A DNA stretch of 64,000 nt from a virus. Under the pieces are notes generated by a model. It was given only the letters and a program-made list of their open reading frames with translations. It was not told where the DNA came from and searched no databases. Position numbers and translations under genes: made by a program. Shown in pieces: positions 61,458 to 64,000 of the stretch; the first letter of the stretch is position 1, and every line of letters begins with the position of its first letter. The DNA is taken from IMG/VR virus record IMGVR_UViG_3300009285_016375, positions 10,508-74,507 of that record. One strand, 5' to 3'.

Positions 61458-62306
61458 CTGCAGTCCTTTCATGTTCTGCCCTCGCCCGCAAAGCACAACG
61501 CTTTGCAGCCGCAAGGGCAGAAAAGAAAGGGTGAGCCGACAGCGCTTTACACCGCCGACCCACCCAAAAATCCATGCTCCACCGCGTAACAGCAGAGGTT
61601 GATCGTGGTTTACGTATCGACCACGTTCCGATTGCACGCCGAATCGCGTGCCGTTGGTAACCCGGACCATCACTGGAACCGGAGGTTGGTTTGCGCTGCC
61701 CACTAGATCGCTCACCCGAGTAGCTGGTAAGCTGAATCCTGGATGCTTGGCGCCGCCAAACACATCGCTGGTACTCCCCAGCGACCTTGCGCGGATTCAC
61801 GGGACTGGCCGCCGTACGCCATCTCCGACCTCACCGCGTTACTGTCACAGAGCCACGCATCAACGCATCCGAATTTGTCGATGCGTGCAAAATTTGCACA
61901 TGCGAGTCGGCCTTTCCAAGCCCTTCGGACCCCGAAAACTAGACCCTGTAGCCGCAACCCGCACCCTCCTACTGTACTGCCGTGTGATTCCAGGGTTCTG
62001 AGGGCCGGGGACTTGCGGGATTCGCGCTGGAAAACCCCATTTCCAGCGGTGCGTCGAGGCGGGGGTGACCCCCAAAGGGGCGGGCGTGCCCTGGCGCGCA
62101 TATAATACCTCCCCCTTCTATTTCCGACGGAGGATTCGGGATTTCTGGGATGGCAGTGGATATGGGTGGAAGGAGATGGGGGCAGTGGAGGTGGAATGGG
62201 GGGGTACTGCCGAGGGGTATCGTTGGTCGTCTGTACTCTGTACTCTGGTACTGTGTGCACAAGCGTCACGTGTGGTGACAACGTGCACAATGTCTGATAC
62301 AATCTG

Positions 62307-62335
62307 TTGACATGTTTACAGGGTGAGTACACGAT
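62307..62335 (+). promoter_or_regulatory. Sigma70-like promoter candidate
   Basis: TTGACA-17 bp-CACGAT, then AGGAAGGG RBS and ATG at 62345. Confidence 0.45.
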
Positions 62336-62344
62336 AGGAAGGGT

Positions 62345-62833
62345 ATGGCAGGTTACACGAAGTTGTTTGGGACGCTGATCGGGTCGTCGTTATGGCGGTT
62401 GGAGCCGGACGCGACGCGGTTGGTATGGATAACGATGTTGGCGATGGCGAACCGGGAAGGGGTGGTGGAGGCGTCGGTGCCTGGGTTGGCGGATTTTGCG
62501 CGGGTGGGATTGGAGGAGTGTCGGGATGCGTTGCGGCGGTTGGGGGGTTTGGACCCGGAATCGCGGTCGGCGGAGTATGGTGGTCGGCGGATAGAGGCAG
62601 TGGATGGGGGGTGGCGGGTGTTGAACCACGCGAAGTATCGGGAGAAGATGAGTTGTGATGATCGACGGGAGTATATGAGGCAGAAGCAGGCGGAGTATCG
62701 GGAGCGGGCCAAACAGGCGGGTGGGCAGCGGGAGGTGGAGTATGTGAGAGCGGTGGCGGCTGGGGACGTGGCGACGCAGGAGCGGCTGGAGGATCTTGCG
62801 GTTGGGCACAGGCCGGCCAAAAGTGGTGCCTGA
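62345..62833 (+). CDS. Phage replication-initiator-like (replisome organiser N-terminal type) protein
   Basis: YTKLF..LI.SSLW, VWITMLAMANREG, DPESRS...GRRI..VDGGW.VLNHAKYR, RREY.R.KQ..YR family pattern. Confidence 0.65.
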   Translation: MAGYTKLFGTLIGSSLWRLEPDATRLVWITMLAMANREGVVEASVPGLADFARVGLEECRDALRRLGGLDPESRSAEYGGRRIEAVDGGWRVLNHAKYREKMSCDDRREYMRQKQAEYRERAKQAGGQREVEYVRAVAAGDVATQERLEDLAVGHRPAKSGA

Positions 62834-62860
62834 CAACGCGGACGGCACAGCTAAGGGATG

Positions 62861-63040
62861 TCATCCGGGCGGTTTGTCTAAGGCCGGCGGCTTTGGCCCA
62901 ATAACACTGTTAGCACGCCGGGCGGTGCGTTTCGGTTTCTTCGGACGGCCTCCAAGCTGCCCGTTCTCGCGGGCAGCCTTGGCTTTCGCGGCACTTCTCA
63001 TCTTGCCGAGTGCGACCGCCGCAGGATTCTTCTTTTTCAT
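62861..63040 (-). CDS. Small basic protein (AAVALG...RENG..GGRP type)
   Basis: MKKKNPAAVALGKMRSAAKAKAARENGQLGGRPKK; ATGA overlap. Confidence 0.6.
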   Translation of the reverse strand: MKKKNPAAVALGKMRSAAKAKAARENGQLGGRPKKPKRTARRANSVIGPKPPALDKPPG

Positions 63041-63348
63041 GCGCGCTTGAAGACGTAGTTCCACGGCAGCTTTGCCCACTTCTTGAGTCCAGCTTCGATG
63101 CCGTCTTTCATGCAGTCGCACCCGTCGCCTTCCGCGTGTTTCTTGCGGCACTTGCCGTCCAAGTGTCCGTCGGGGATGAGACACCAGTTCAGGTATTCTT
63201 TCCCGACCCATCTGCATCCGTGGTTGTTGACCACTGCGGCAGGCATCATCGTGGAGTTCATTTCGATGATGCCACAGATTGCCTGAGATTCCGCAGGCGT
63301 TTCCGCCTGAATTTTCATCAGGCCCATTTCGAGTTTTGTTGTTTTCAT
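63037..63348 (-). CDS. Hypothetical protein
   Basis: 103-aa ORF. Confidence 0.55.
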   Translation of the reverse strand: MKTTKLEMGLMKIQAETPAESQAICGIIEMNSTMMPAAVVNNHGCRWVGKEYLNWCLIPDGHLDGKCRKKHAEGDGCDCMKDGIEAGLKKWAKLPWNYVFKRA

Positions 63349-63667
63349 GCACCGCCAGATATTAGGGCTCGATTCAGATGATGAACGATATACTGACCAT
63401 ATAAACCATAATGGTCTTGATAATCGGCTTAAAAATCTTCGGGTCGTAACTCCCGCCCAGAATACTTATAATCGCAGACCATATGGTCGTAGCAAATTTA
63501 AGGGTGTTTGTTGGCATAAAGGTAATGAATTATGGGGTGCCAATATTCGTTTTAAGGGAAGGGTGTATTGTCTTGGCTATTACAAAGACGAGAAAGAGGC
63601 AGCTTTAGCTTATAATAAGAAGGCCAAAGAGTTTTTTGGGGTATATGCTTATTTGAATAAGCTCTAG
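63347..63667 (+). CDS. HNH endonuclease with AP2 domain, probably N-terminally truncated
   Basis: MHRQI, DHINHNGLDNR..NLR, SKFKGV, LGYY..EKEAALAYNKKA.EFFG.YA.LN. Confidence 0.88.
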   Translation: MHRQILGLDSDDERYTDHINHNGLDNRLKNLRVVTPAQNTYNRRPYGRSKFKGVCWHKGNELWGANIRFKGRVYCLGYYKDEKEAALAYNKKAKEFFGVYAYLNKL

Positions 63668-63679
63668 TACCTATCATAG

Positions 63680-64000
63680 TTACTTGTCAATCATAAATTT
63701 GAGCTTTTTCTCCATTTCCTCAAAATTGACTTTATATAGCCTTTGGGTACGCTCTTTTAGCTCCTTAGCTCGTTCGGGGTATTTATTATTGAACCATTCC
63801 ACCATGAACATCGGATCTTTGTGCCAAGATGGTTGTTTTGCATTCCAGCCGCCCGTATGGTGAGTAAAACACAGGCAGAGAATATTATCTAAATCCGCTG
63901 ACATGTTCCGATAGGTATTAGTGCCGTAAATATGAGAACCATGGGTCTTAACATTCGGTTCTCTCTGGCCACAGTATTCGCAGATAAAATTGGCTCTTTG
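63680..64000 (-). CDS. NinG-like HNH nuclease, partial (5' end outside the window)
   Basis: Open frame from the window end: CEYCG...HGSHI...DLDNILCLCFTHH. Confidence 0.7.
   Translation of the reverse strand, partial: QRANFICEYCGQREPNVKTHGSHIYGTNTYRNMSADLDNILCLCFTHHTGGWNAKQPSWHKDPMFMVEWFNNKYPERAKELKERTQRLYKVNFEEMEKKLKFMIDK

Larger units (their letters stand above)
1..63346. mobile_element. Tailed phage/prophage genome segment, podovirus-like architecture
   Basis: Contains terminase, portal-scaffold-capsid operon, tail tubular-like and ejection-like genes, recombination genes and an integrase; no tape measure and no host housekeeping genes. Confidence 0.92.

Noticed and set aside
62828-62915. 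Additional attC-like site (GCCTGAC...GTTAGCA)
   Set aside because: Arms pair poorly and the left core is non-canonical
1-64000. tRNA, rRNA, cas1/cas2, DNA polymerase or tape measure genes
   Set aside because: None recognisable by eye; a tRNAscan/HMM run would be needed to exclude divergent copies

Overview
Most of this window (about 1-63346) is a GC-rich, probably temperate, podovirus-like tailed phage or prophage. The many signal-peptide, Thr/Asn-rich proteins weakly suggest a PVC-group (Verrucomicrobiota-like) host; this is inference. From left to right it carries: a Red-like recombination module (YqaJ exonuclease, ERF annealase, DUF2303), a divergent pair of ribbon-helix-helix regulators, a lysis/adhesin block, a terminase facing away from the portal-scaffold-capsid operon, tail and glycosylation genes, and ejection proteins including a 3123-aa polyvalent-type protein. 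The most unusual part is 50.0-60.7 kb, one minus-strand gene run. It has (i) an array of about 11 complete or partial integron attC-like sites whose cargo ORFs lie opposite to the canonical cassette orientation and often read through the attC sites, (ii) an intact tyrosine recombinase that is not an IntI, (iii) a translationally coupled 413-aa TnpB/Cas12-like protein with a dead, truncated RuvC, and (iv) a structured leader plus a 5-repeat CRISPR mini-array without cas1/cas2, facing an HU-like gene. The last ~650 bp are AT-rich HNH genes joined at an abrupt junction. All calls come from motif recognition by eye; no searches were run.
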